Shown here: in pieces, positions 39,631-53,333 of the stretch | How positions within the stretch are numbered: position 1 is the first letter of the stretch | Layout of the letters: the number at the start of each line of letters is the position of its first letter | Assembly (NCBI RefSeq): GCF_001194135.2 | Contig: NC_068989.1 | Location: forward strand, 8,514,299-8,578,148 | Length of the DNA: 63,850 nucleotides | Source: Octopus bimaculoides | Lineage: Eukaryota | Direction: 5' to 3' | Program-made: the position numbers and the translations under genes | Notes under the pieces: model-generated | Told to the model about the DNA's origin: nothing | The model's input: only the letters and a program-made list of their open reading frames with translations | Databases searched by the model: none

Positions 39631-39852
39631 AAGGTGGCGATCTGCCAGATTCGTTACGGTGCCGCACAAAATGTTTATCGGCATTTCATCCGACTCATTA
39701 CATTACGAGTTCAAATTCCAGCGAATGTCAATTTTGCTTTTCATATTTTCGGAGTCGATATAACAAAGTACCTGTCTCGTATTTGTGTCGATGTAATCGA
39801 CTTCCTCTTCTTAGAATTGCTGGCTTGTGCCCAAATTAGAAAGCATTATTAT
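39631..39852 (+). mobile_element. SINE family B, degenerate full length (tail type ii)
   Basis: AAGGTGGCGATCTGCCAGATTCGTTA head, GAGTTCAAATTCC B box, GTCGATGTAATCGACT, and AATTGCTGGCTTGTGCCCAAATTAGAAAGCATTATT tail. Confidence 0.8.
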
Positions 39853-39895
39853 GTTTTAGCTTTGCTTTAATATATACAACCTACATCCAAGCCTC

Positions 39896-40555
39896 AACAG
39901 ATGTTTGAGGCAGATGATTGCCAAGTTGAACCGGCGGTCATAGAGTGAATTTTGAAGTTTTCTTGAACACATGCTTTGATGGAACCATCAGGCAAAATAA
40001 TACAAAGCTACAACACCAGTCAACACTGCAACTGGCTCTACTACTACTGCTGCTGCTGTTGCTACTAGTAGCGACGTCAAGGGACATTAAGATTTTATAT
40101 CCATAAATTCTAAGAATTGAGCCGCCATGGAATCGTAAAAAAACTGATGCCTGTGTAAATGAATAAATGAAACATTGAATGAGTTAAATTGCATATACAT
40201 AGAATGGAATTTACGTTAACTATGGGAGATAGCCATAAATATAATCGTTTGCAATTTACTTATTTTGGAGATGCCAGGAGTTTGGTCAATACATTTTGAT
40301 ATTATTTTGACATCATTCCAAATGACCTAATAACACAAGGTAATGCTGTTGCTTTGAAATGTCATATTTTTCTGACATCATTCTCGAAGCCCTATTTACT
40401 CAGTTTATCAAACGTTTCCAGAGATATGATTTTGTCAGCTGGCTCGTCACTCTATGTGGTCGGTTAGCCCGTATTTCCCGATCAGTATAAACACTGAAGT
40501 TGTTGTTGTTGCTGTTGTTGTTGTTGTTGTTGTTGTTCTTCTTCTTCTTCTTCTT

Positions 40556-40641
<86 letters not shown>

Positions 40642-40728
40642 TATTATTATTATTACATTGTAGTAGTAGTAGTACTACTATTGCTACTACTACAATTAGT
40701 AGTAGCAGCAGCAGCAGCGGTAGTAATG

Positions 40729-40786
<58 letters not shown>

Positions 40787-40928
40787 AGCCGGTTGCAGTG
40801 TTGATTGGTGTTATAGCATTGTATTATTTTGCCTGATGGTTCTATCAAAGCATGTGTTCAAGAAAACTTCAAAATTCACTCTATGACCGCCGGTTGAGAT
40901 TGGCAATCATCTGCCTCAAACACCTGTT
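39896..40928. mobile_element. Foldback/MITE-like element with 145-bp terminal inverted repeats
   Basis: 39896-40040 matches the reverse complement of 40784-40928 at 136/145 with no gaps; the symmetry continues inward into CTA/CTG versus TAG/CAG repeats. No clear TSD and no coding capacity. Confidence 0.7.
40496..40786. repeat. Compound triplet microsatellite (GTT)n(CTT)n(ATT)n...(AGT/AGC)n
   Basis: Direct inspection. Confidence 0.95.
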
Positions 40929-41950
40929 CGTTTTTACCAGTAGCAATACCACATTTTTTTCTATACATATTCACGCATATGCAGATAACATCACATTACA
41001 GATATATTTCGCCTTATGCATTTAAAATCTTCTCCGCACCTAACAACAGTGGGTCAAAAGTGCTAATCTTCACAATTTTAATTATGTGCATTATCGTAGT
41101 CTCATGGAAGAATTACATAATTAAAGCATAGAAATTTATTATTGTTCACCTTTTGAAAGAATATTGTCTGGAATAGGGAATAAATCTAAATATTTTCCTT
41201 TCGCTTCACATGCAAAAGTTATATTCTTTTTCTTTATATACAAAATTCACCCTTGAGATATAAAAATGAAATAAAAATTAAAACTAAATATATTAAAAAT
41301 TATAATTAAATAAAATCCATTTATTATGTAAAAATTTGGATAAATCTATGGAGAAAGATATTTTATTGGGTTTAAGCAACTATTTTAACGGAAATAAGAC
41401 GCTATACAGCTTTCTCTTCAGATAACAAAACTGAGTTGATTGTAAATAAAATCAGTTGATTATAATTTAGCGAAAGTTCGTCTAGAATCAATAGTGATTG
41501 TAGTAAGATATAATGAAATGCAGTTACTACAGTAATGGCGGCCGCGCTACTTCCGTTATCTCAATTGTTACCATGTAGAAAGTTTCTTATTATTTTGCTA
41601 TCTATATAATGTATTTTGCAACAGACAAAAGAGATTAATATTTGTAATTTTCTTTAAAAAAACTGCTTTTGCTTGGCTGTTGAATTCAAAATTTAAAATA
41701 ATGTTTTGTGTCCATGCGTATTTTTGTATGTGCGTGGATATTACATCAAATGATAAGAAATACAAAACTGATTTACAGTGTTAATGAGACTACGTTATTT
41801 TTTTGTTTTATTATTTTATGCTATTTGGCAAATCAATTTCCTTCAATGAGCCGAGTTTATCTTTAGATTCAGTGCCGTTATGAAAGGAAGGCAGGATTCC
41901 CATACTCTATAGTATGTTAAACTGCTTCATACATAGCGTTGACCTATACA

Positions 41951-42006
<56 letters not shown>

Positions 42007-42330
42007 GGTGTGTGTATATTTGTGTGTCTATCAATATGTATGTGCATTTATATATATATATATATATAAGTAAATATAAGAATGATAGTATTAGCAAAAT
42101 ACCATCACTAGTGGCAAGCGAATATCAGACGTATAGGAAAATTCATAATATATATATATATATGTGTGTGTGTATATACACGGGTACTAAATGACTACAC
42201 CCATCGCTAAAAAAAGAAACAAAAAATACTTCTGTGCCACGGAATAGACACAAAATAAATACAGGCATGGCAGGAAAAAGTTCCAGTGAACAATAAAATC
42301 GTCTTACCTGTGCTAAGTTCAGCAAAAGTA

Positions 42331-42560
42331 AGGCGGTAAGCTGGCAGGAACGTTAGCACGCCGGGCGAAATGCTTACGGCTGTTTCGTCTGTCTTTACGT
42401 TCTGAATTCAAATTCCGCCGAAGTCGACTTTGCCTTTCGTCCTTTCAGGGTCGATAAATTAAGTCGATGTAAATTAAGTCGATGTAATCGACTCAATCCC
42501 TTTGTCTGTCCTTGTTTGTTCCCTCTATGTTTAGCCCCATGTGGGCAATAAGGAAATAAG
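42331..42560 (+). mobile_element. SINE family B, full length (tail type i)
   Basis: AGGCGGTAAGCTGGCAGGAACGTTAGCACGCCGGGCGAAATGC head, GAATTCAAATTCC B box (42404-42416), internal 15-bp duplication AAATTAAGTCGATGT x2 (42456-42485), and GTTTAGCCCCATGTGGGCAATAAGGAAATAAG tail. Confidence 0.9.
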
Positions 42561-42636
42561 TAATTTTGGTTAATTTTGACACCTAGGTTTCGAACGAATT
42601 TAGCTCCAAATGGAGCTAATATTTGTATTCTTACTC

Positions 42637-42698
<62 letters not shown>

Positions 42699-43622
42699 GA
42701 GTAAGAATAGAGATATTGTTAACATTAGTTTATGACAATGACCATAGAAAGATTTTTTTACTCGATAGTGTACAAAATATTCTTATTACATAACCAAACC
42801 ATTTAATCAGACAATTGAGAAGCGTATTGATCTGTGAAAAATCACATACCGCGTTCCTGGAATATATATGTGAGTACGTGTTCATATGTGCGTGCGTGTG
42901 CGGTTAAATGCATACACAGCACAGCAAGCCTCTTTTCATCACCCACAACCTCACCTTTCCAGCCACACACTAATTACTACGACCCGTTCTTTCTAGACTG
43001 ATTATTAAAGCCGTCTGCCATACTGACAACGTTCACATTTCCTCATTCGTTGTTAATATAGAGAAATTCAATTCGAACTCAATACTCATCGATTTCAGCT
43101 TTTACCTCCCTGTCTTTCACTGTAACAAAAATGAGAATTACAACATCCGCCATATGTCGCGCAGGTCGTAAACTTGGAAACCTACAACATCGAGCGTATG
43201 GAGAAATAAAATAAAAGCGATACACTTCCAAGAAGAACAATTTCTATGCAGAAAGAACTTTGCAGAATACTATAGAGGAAAAATATAAAGCAATATCAAA
43301 AGTTTAAGAAACACAATAGCAGAAAACAATCGAATTCAATAGATATAATTAAAATGTATAGAGGCCTTAAATATATAATTCTCTGTAGTAATATCACCCT
43401 TACCTAGTCAAACGATATTATAACTGTGGTATTGTATTCTCTTTGATGTCTGAGTCCAACCTACAGATAGCGAATGTGAAACGTATACCAAGCATCGGAA
43501 ACATACACTTGATCGGTCAAAAACAATGTATTCAGACCTTTCAGACATTGAAACAAAAGAAATAAATATAACGGAACGTATGATTTCTTTCTTTATCACC
43601 CATAAACAAAACTGTACATGCT

Positions 43623-43668
<46 letters not shown>

Positions 43669-44666
43669 NNNNNNNNNNNNNNNNNNNNNNNNNNNNNNNN
43701 NNNNNNNNNNNNNNNNNNNNNNNNNNNNNNNNNNNNNNNNNNNNNNNNNNNNNNNNNNNNNNNNNNNNNNNNNNNNNNNNNNNNNNNNNNNNNNNNNNNN
43801 NNNNNNNNNNNNNNNNNNNNNNNNNNNNNNNNNNNNNNNNNNNNNNNNNNNNNNNNNNNNNNNNNNNNNNNNNNNNNNNNNNNNNNNNNNNNNNNNNNNN
43901 NNNNNNNNNNNNNNNNNNNNNNNNNNNNNNNNNNNNNNNNNNNNNNNNNNNNNNNNNNNNNNNNNNNNNNNNNNNNNNNNNNNNNNNNNNNNNNNNNNNN
44001 NNNNNNNNNNNNNNNNNNNNNNNNNNNNNNNNNNNNNNNNNNNNNNNNNNNNNNNNNNNNNNNNNNNNNNNNNNNNNNNNNNNNNNNNNNNNNNNNNNNN
44101 NNNNNNNNNNNNNNNNNNNNNNNNNNNNNNNNNNNNNNNNNNNNNNNNNNNNNNNNNNNNNNNNNNNNNATATATATATATATATATATATATATACTGA
44201 GGTATTGATGATAGATACGTGAATGATTGAATATCACATACGTTTATGCAAGTTCGTTTAATTGAATGTCTGGATATATACACATATATAAACTAAATAG
44301 GTCTGCCATCAGGATCGACGATGATCACTTCTCTCGTCATGGCTGGCTGTGTATTCCCAAATACCTATACATGCAACGTAATAGCCAAAAGACTCACTGT
44401 GTCAGAGTATCTAGAAAACTGGCCCATTGTATTACAAGTACGTCCCACCACCTGTGTTTCCACGCAGCTTTCACTTAGTGAATTTTATTAACAAACTATT
44501 ACGTGCCTCTGGGAGTAGAGTGAAAGGTTTTCGGTCACAAATCCATAGTGTGATCTAATTCTTCATCTCATTATTCCCGAAGAAATTTATTAACGTTTGC
44601 GTACATGAACATACACACACAAATAAATACACACAAACAGCCAAACACAGAACATACACACGTATC

Positions 44667-44707
<41 letters not shown>

Positions 44708-44717
44708 NNNNNNNNNN

Positions 44718-44757
<40 letters not shown>

Positions 44758-45007
44758 GCATGTATGTCTACTTCTTTACATATATGTATATAGTTGGAGG
44801 AAACAACGTGTAATCTTTTATGCATACATGTATATATATGTATGTTTGTGTGCCTGTATCAATATATAATTATATATGAATATGTATATTCGTGTATTCC
44901 CATCGATAAATGTATATGCATATCATTGAATGGAAACTGGCTACTAGCTCAGATATATTCATAAATATACATACCCACATATAACAATACCTCTCTCTCT
45001 CCCTCTT

Positions 45008-45059
<52 letters not shown>

Positions 45060-46068
45060 NNNNNNNNNNNNNNNNNNNNNNNNNNNNNNNNNNNNNNNNN
45101 NNNNNNNNNNNNNNNNNNNNNNNNNNNNNNNNNNNNNNNNNNNNNNNNNNNNNNNNNNNNNNNNNNNNNNNNNNNNNNNNNNNNNNNNNNNNNNNNNNNN
45201 NNNNNNNNNNNNNNNNNNNNNNNNNNNNNNNNNNNNNNNNNNNNNNNNNNNNNNNNNNNNNNNNNNNNNNNNNNNNNNNNNNNNNNNNNNNNNNNNNNNN
45301 NNNNNNNNNNNNNNNNNNNNNNNNNNNNNNNNNNNNNNNNNNNNNNNNNNNNNNNNNNNNNNNNNNNNNNNNNNNNNNNNNNNNNNNNNNNNNNNNNNNN
45401 NNNNNNNNNNNNNNNNNNNNNNNNNNNNNNNNNNNNNNNNNNNNNNNNNNNNNNNNNNNNNNNNNNNNNNNNNNNNNNNNNNNNNNNNNNNNNNNNNNNN
45501 NNNNNNNNNNNNNNNNNNNNNGAAAAAGGAAACGAAATATCAACTCGGGAATATGTACTTCAAGGAGAACATTTGCATTTCGTTTATTACACTACAAATA
45601 TTTCGCTGTGCTAAAACTTTTTGTTTCTATATTTCTCTTCATTTGTATTCATTGGTTCTTTTCTTTTCGCTTCTTTTCGTCTTCTTACATTGTAATTAGA
45701 TGACCGTAAGGATAAAGCCGTTTCTTCACCCATAATAAGGGCCTTTAAAAGAAGAAAGGAACTAGATCAATAAACAAAACAATTTTTCTTTTGTTGGTTC
45801 ATTACATACTGTTGTATTGCTTGATATACTTTTGTTTCTGTACTTGGTTTATATATACATACTTAAATACACACACACGCACACAGACTTACACAGACAG
45901 CGCCCCCCACACACACACACACACGCATGCATACATACGCAAAGACATACACACATATATTGTTTGTATGACCGTTGCTGGTCGAGGCGGTCTACTTTGT
46001 TTCAAAATTCATTCTTTTGCCAGCAATATATATATACATACATACACGCGTGTATTTATACACATGCG

Positions 46069-46100
<32 letters not shown>

Positions 46101-46504
46101 ACTAGAGCATAAAAACATGCGTAAGAATGTTATATTTATGTGTATTTGTAGTTGTTTTATATCTCAATTATTTTAATATCCTATTTTCGTTTTCTTTATT
46201 AAATCTTTCGCTTATCAGAAGAACTCGTTAATACTCCTTTAGCGCCTCTTACCGAATCGGTAATGCATGTGTGTGTATGTGTATGTATTATGAGTGCATG
46301 TGTGTGTGAGATTGACACAAATAATACAAAATTTATAAAGAATTATACACAGTCTCTTAATGAGCCTGTCCCTTTTTAATCGAACTTAAATTCAAACGAA
46401 ATTCACTGTTTCGTCACATCAATATTAAATGCTATACGTAATGAACATCAAATACAAATATATTTTGGTTTATATATCATTTTGCACAAGAAAGTCAACT
46501 ATTA

Positions 46505-46665
46505 ATGCAGGCTAGACTGTGTGGTAAGAAACTTGCTTGTCAACCACATGGTTCCGTGTTAGTTCCCTTGCTTGGCACCTTCAGCAGGTGTCTTCTACTA
46601 TAGCCTCGGCCTTACCAAAGCCTTGTGAGTGGACTTGGTAGACGGAAACTGAAAGAACCCATTGT
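46505..46665 (+). mobile_element. SINE family A head
   Basis: GACTGTGTGGTAAG...CAACCACATGGTTCC...TCTTCTACTATAGCCTCGG...CCTTGTGAGTGGACTTGGTAGACGGAAACTGAAAGAACCC. Confidence 0.9.
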
Positions 46666-46693
46666 GTTTATATATATATATATATATATATAT

Positions 46694-46903
46694 GAACCTT
46701 TCCCCCACCACCTCCTCTTCCGGTCTTTTCATAATGTAACCTCGTGGGCATCGGTACCATTTCCCTCTTTCTCCGTTCTTCCATTCTCCGAACTTTCCAT
46801 CTTTCCGACGAAGGGCTACGCCCGAAACGTCATACACTCTCTCTTTCCTTTCCTGAGCGTCCAATAATACTATCCATATCACGTCCTCACTTTGTGGTTT
46901 TTT
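46694..46903 (+). mobile_element. Penelope-like element terminal (pLTR) fragment with minimal hammerhead-like motif
   Basis: Pyrimidine-rich tract, then CCGACGAAGGGCTACGCCCGAAACGTC (46805-46831) and downstream TTCCTGAGCGTC shared with the 52.5-kb copy. Minimal hammerheads in Penelope pLTRs are established; assignment is by motif only. Confidence 0.6.
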
Positions 46904-48924
46904 NNNNNNNNNNNNNNNNNNNNNNNNNNNNNNNNNNNNNNNNNNNNNNNNNNNNNNNNNNNNNNNNNNNNNNNNNNNNNNNNNNNNNNNNNNNNNNNNN
47001 NNNNNNNNNNNNNNNNNNNNNNNNNNNNNNNNNNNNNNNNNNNNNNNNNNNNNTATATATATATATATACATACACATACATACATTCTTTTTTAATTTT
47101 CCCTCCACATCTAAGTTAACAGCGAACTTACTAGATATATGAACTAAAATTTATATTACTAAGAAATTAAAAAATAATAAATTAAACTGATTAGAGCAAC
47201 CAATAAAGTCATTCATTTTCTTTTTTCAAATATACCCAACTGTATCAAGGATCTCACACATTTTATAATATATATATATATAAAATATATTTAAATATGT
47301 TCCATCTTATTTCTTTTCTGCATGTCTGGTTTCCGCCGCGTCCTGAGCCTATTATTCATTACTGACATGAAGACCGCTGACTCGTGGGACTGGCACACTT
47401 ACGAAATATTTCCCTGATATTCCAAATTATTCTTCTACTACTTTTACCTTTTAGTTACCCCAGACAAAAACAACAAAAGAAGAATGTAGGGCTACAACTC
47501 CCTCAAAGCAGACGATGCAACAAAGTTTCAATTACCAGTTAATACGTTTGTACTGTTATATTCCATGAAATTATTAAGACATATTCTTCGCTGGTGCTAT
47601 TTTTGTAATATAAGGAATTAGTTCGGCGGCAAAATTGGAGTCAATATTTATTATATCAATATCTATACCAAAGAGTGGAATGCATGTTCTTAGAATGATG
47701 CAAATCAGTCACAGATAATATTTTAAGAGTGTGTGTAATAGTCCTTTCTATGAGTCAGCTAATGTATATGTGTTCATGATTTTCGAAACTGCTGGCAACT
47801 AATCTGGCTTGTAAGAAAAATGTGATATGATGTTATATGATAATTTGACATATTTAACATGGCATATGATATATGGTATCTGGATTTGTGAGATAACAGT
47901 TTGATTTATTTTTCAAGGCCTATTGGTCTTTGCATCTCCATGTTTTATATTATGCAAAGACGGACATATACGTTAGACCAATGTGTATTTTGTTTTGTAT
48001 TTGACAGTTTATTATATAGGAATGTATACATTCATGAATATATGTATAATTTAGTATATTTGGGATACAGATACATACACAAGCGTGCGCATACACACAC
48101 ACACACATACACACAAAAACACGCATACAAACACACACTCGCTCACTCATACGCTCTCCTTCTCGCTCACCAACACGTACTTATCACAATTACGCATGCA
48201 CTCAAAGAGACATGCACACTATTCTTGCATACAAACATACACAGGGATATACAGATCTTTATCATCATTTCGAACCGTCCATCGATAATAGACGATGGCT
48301 ATCCATATTTGCAGGCATGAGTTGTATTGGGAGAGTACGTAGCTCTCCGCGACGAGTTTCTGTCCTACGTTGCTGTAGTCTCGCTGTGAATGTCATTGTC
48401 TGCTTATATAATATTCTCGTAGTTTAGTTGGGATTTATTCTGATTTCCTGCACTCAGCCGATATCGAGTAGAGTATTTGTTATAGTAATCGTGTTTTTCC
48501 TTCGTTTCGTGATAAATACCCGAGGCAGCGGCGTCTTTCTTGCAGCAGTTTCTCTCTCTTCTTAGGAAATTAGACGTTATATAAGATCTCATCGAGAGCC
48601 CTAGTTTGTATTACACACGTACCCTGCAATTCACGGAATTAGGTCTCCCACATCGGTGATGTTCCTTCTCCTTTGAAAGCACGTTGAGTTTCAAATACTA
48701 AAAAGAAAGACAACTCCGAAGTAAATAAGAGATAGGAAACCAATCAAAATATTTTTAATGCTGGTGCATTCTGTCTTCTCACCTGTAGTAAAATACTAAT
48801 CAGAGACGCTGAGTAATGATCTGACGCTGATGAAAAATAAGCTGCTTCGAAATGCATGCATACATCAATCCGGAAGAGAGCGCTTCGAACTCGCAATGGT
48901 GTGTTTATATCTTCCTGTATACAG

Positions 48925-48999
48925 GGAGAATATTTCAATCACAGATTGCAGTGAAGGGCCTTCTGGAAGGGTTCAAAGATTGCTGAAAATATTTGAACC
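48925..48999 (+). other. Candidate 75-bp exon, product unknown
   Basis: CTTCCTGTATACAG acceptor-like and GTGAGT donor at 49000; one frame open (ENISITDCSEGPSGRVQRLLKIFE). No homology recognised. Confidence 0.25.
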
Positions 49000-49115
49000 G
49001 TGAGTAAGTTTATATTTATCGCCATCACAGCTTAGCGCTCATAATTTATATATTTGTGTGTTTGTAATTGTATGTATGTGTACGTAAATGCGAGTATGTA
49101 TACAGATATGCATGC

Positions 49116-49194
<79 letters not shown>

Positions 49195-51439
49195 GTTGAA
49201 TATTTAAATCAAATACGTATCCATGTGTGTTTCCTCTCACATATAAGAAACTATATGTGAAAATAATTGCACAAGAATTATAGATATTTAAGCACAAATT
49301 TATTAGTGAGAGCGCAAGTTTGAATGCGTAACAGTTTATCTGAGAATGGAAGGATGTAAAGAGATGTAGTGGAGGAATGAAGGTGGATGTCCGTGAGAGA
49401 AAAAGAGGTATTTTTGTATGCATTTGTGGTTTTGTTGTGCGGACACTCAGAAATAATGGCGATCAAGCAAATGTTAAATTAAAATTTCAAGCAATCCTCC
49501 ATTTAGTTGAAAAGCATTTAGAGATTGAAAGATATGAGATAGTGAAACAGAAAGAGAGAATAGACCAAATAAATAACGAAAGAAAGTCAGACAGAAAAGA
49601 ACAAAAAGATGAGGATTAAATGGTAAAGAACGAAACAAGCAACGCAAATATAGAAGCGAAGAAATAATGAATGGAATATTAAAATGAAAGACTGAAAAGA
49701 AACGGGGTAGAATGAGAGAGAAAACCTGAAGATTTAGTCATAGAAAACGCTTAGAAATATAGAAAGATAGACAGCAGTGAACAAAAGCAGAATATTTAAA
49801 CTGGAAATGGGATTTAAAACTAATCAGATATAAAATCCAAATATTTAGAGAATTACAACAAATGAAGGTCTGTTTCAAAGAACATTATCCCCTATTCTAA
49901 GAAATTCAAAAAAATAATATCAAAATGGCGATTCTTATTGTTAAAGTGGCGTGGTTATTTATAATGAATCTAGGAAGAATTATGCATATAAGATTAATTA
50001 GATTAAGTTTAAGTCAAATCGTTTCGTGGCAAGCATAAAGAGTAAACATTAGAACTAGATGTTTTCCTATCAATTCAATTATAAGTTGCAGAGAGAGATG
50101 TATTTTGTTTCTATTTTTTCCCCAATACTATAATCGCTTTTGAAAGATTGGATTTAAGCAACGACTTCATGTTGGTTCTTCTCATCTCTTACCTCTTTTA
50201 TCTTATGAGAAGGCGTGGAAAGACATCGATATATCGATATGATAGGGCTTAATATACGTATATCAACCAATATCACTGAAACAAAATAATACTAGGAAGC
50301 GATCTGGGGGAGAAAAAAAAACACCTTATTCTTTAAAATGTGTAATCCAGTCGTTGTCATTAACTACGCTTATAGAAAATAGTTATCATTTTAAATTTAA
50401 TAAATTGATTTGAATTGATTATTTTATTTGGAGTTTTTGTTTATGTAAGGCTGAATTGTAAAGGACTTCGCTTACAACCATGATATTTCGAATTAAATTC
50501 CGTGTGGCATCTTATGCAACTGAAATTTTCTATAGCCATGGTTTACCCATAGCATGAAGTGAAATTCCACAGATGGAAACTGAAGAGAAGCTCATCGGAT
50601 GAATTATATCTCTTAATCCTACGTTAGGACAAACGTGTCATACATTGAGTTGATTCTACCAGAGAATTATGCTAAGTGTACATGTCTCAGCGGGATACTC
50701 AACCACTTATACGCAAGTCCAATTAACAGGTAATTTTGGTGATCGCAGAACCTAATGTTTGTTAAGAAAACACACGGAGAGCTATTTACATATATACGTA
50801 AATATGTGTATGTATAGATGCATATGTTACATACATCTATGAATTAATGTACATATGTACGCATGCCAACCGGTTGGACTGCTTGCGTGGATTCCCTAGC
50901 CACTTTGACCCCATCCAGTTCTACTGTTCATCATAATCGTTATGTCAGATGGATTGCATTTTACATGATCACAAATCTGCTTGCCCTATTCTGCTAGCTC
51001 TTTAGTTGTATGTCCCCATGAAAGAATTTCACAGACACTTTCGTCTTTAGCACTCCAGCAATGCTCTGCGAGTTTGACTCTTCGATGACATCTTATACTG
51101 GACGAAGGTTCCCTTACAATCGTTCATTAGTCAGACCATCTCTACATGCAAATGTAGGCTCCCTCCAACCTTCTTTCCGATTCTGAAGAAGAATCGACAT
51201 ACAATAGAACAGAGGCAGAAGTTGCTTGAAAGAGGCTCCTTGTTAACTTGTATGAAAGTCTAAATTCCCACTGACGGCACCGCAGGCTTTACCAATACGT
51301 GTGTTTTCATCGCTTTCGCCGTAATACTACAAAGAATATATCTAAAAAGTATATCTGTCTATATTTCTCTTTATTTATCTGTCTGTCTGTCTATCTATCC
51401 ATCTAACTATCTGTCTGTCTACATCTCTCTCTATGTGTA

Positions 51440-51470
<31 letters not shown>

Positions 51471-52295
51471 ATGTGAGAGAGAGGGCATCACTAAACGTAA
51501 AATTCATTTAAAACACCCGCCTTGTCTGAGAATTGTCCAATGACATCAATTGAAACCATCAAAAGCTTTTTAGAATCTATGGTGGACGACAAAGGATAAA
51601 TATTTAAGGAATTCCTGTAAATGTTATCGATTACTTCTTTATATTATTAATGTTATATATTATAATGAAACAGTTCACCTCAAGGTCAGAATAATTACGC
51701 CCTGCCAAAAATTGATAAATAATGCAAATAAATACCGAAGGAAAAAGAAATGAGGAATTCTTTTGAATACGGCGTATTAAATGCACGAAACCTGACGCAT
51801 GTAAAGCACCCATCATTACACTTTAATTTATAGTCACATTTTTATTCTACAAGGGATAAAAAAGCTATTTCAGCGTTAATTAGTACAAGCTCTATATATA
51901 CATGAATACACTTTGTAATGTATTTTAAAGAACTCGAAATTTTTCTACACTCAATTCCTCATTTATCTTCTCATACATCACCGTATTTCTGATAAGAGCA
52001 TTCTAATGACTATTTGAAATGCTTTCATTTTAAAATTTGTTCCCATATCACCCGTTTTCTTCTATATAAAAGAAAAGACAGTATTTGATGGAAGTAATAT
52101 TAATACTTAGATTTATAACATGCTATAAATAAAATATCGCTTCATGTTAAATCTATGAAAGATTGATAACTGTGAGAGATGTCAGTTTGTTACCAACATT
52201 TCTGATATACCATGTATCCTTTAATTATTTAACATACCTTTACAATTATAAATTATTTTTAATCATATGAATGATTAAAACGTCGACTTTGCCTG

Positions 52296-52453
52296 AACAG
52301 GGGCACGGTGTACCACGCCTCAGGTGTCGAAATGAACACAGAGCCACATTGGATGAGGCGTTCCCTTCACGAATACAACGTACCACACATCTAGTGTTTG
52401 AAATCACGTTCTCGCGATCGTAAATGCAGCAAACTAGCCACTAAGCTATGCGT
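52296..52453 (-). mobile_element. SINE family C, degenerate
   Basis: Plus GAAATCACGTTCTCGCGATCGTAAATGCAGCAAACTAGCCACTAAGCTATGCG is a reverse-complement tRNA-like head; AATACAACG and CACAGAGC body motifs are present. Confidence 0.65.
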
Positions 52454-52527
52454 TTGTGTATATATATATTGGTGTACCGCTAAATCTACAAGTTTTTTTT
52501 CATTTTCGCTCTGATTTTTTTATATTA

Positions 52528-52620
52528 TTCCTTTCTGTTGAAGACCGTCGGCTCGAAACGTAAAATACCTTTTCCTTTTTCATTTTCCTGAGCGTCAAAT
52601 TAATACACTTGGTTGTTGTT
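52528..52620 (+). mobile_element. Second Penelope-like terminal fragment with decayed hammerhead-like motif
   Basis: CTTTCTGTTGAAGACCGTCGGCTCGAAACGTAAAA then TTCCTGAGCGTCAAATTAATAC, colinear with 46801-46870. Confidence 0.55.
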
Positions 52621-52631
52621 TTCTTATAAAT

Positions 52632-52678
<47 letters not shown>

Positions 52679-52699
52679 GTGTGTATACACACTCATTCG

Positions 52700-52732
<33 letters not shown>

Positions 52733-53286
52733 GTATGTATACAAACAAACACACACACATGCACACAAAGATGTTTTGCGTTTGGAAATAACATGATTAA
52801 TTTATATGTCTGTTGAAAATTCACATATAATTAAGAATTTAAGACAGAAGATATTTAGGACGTATTTTAAATTAGAGAATTAATGGATAACAGTTACAAT
52901 AATAACCACAAAAACAATGATGAACTTGATAATGACGATGATGATGATGAAAATGATTATGATAATTATAATAATAACAATAAGAATATTAATAAGAAAA
53001 TGATAATAATAACAATAATAAGAAATTTCAAATAACTTGGAAGGATATGGGAGATCTGTATATGTTAATGACATGCGGAAAAATTGGAGATGCAATCGTT
53101 ATAAATTAAATGTTTACGGCTTTATAGCGGATGTATGATGTACTTTTCTTCACACATACACTCTCTGGCACGCATGCGCTGCATGAATATATTTATTGCT
53201 ATATGTGAGCATACATACAAAATTATATATACATATGTATACACACACACATTCATATATGTGCATATAATTACTAACATATCGCT

Positions 53287-53333
<47 letters not shown>

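Noticed and set aside
46694-52620. The two Penelope-like ends as paired LTRs of one element
   Set aside because: No RT or GIY-YIG remnant is recognisable between them, and the copies are quite diverged.
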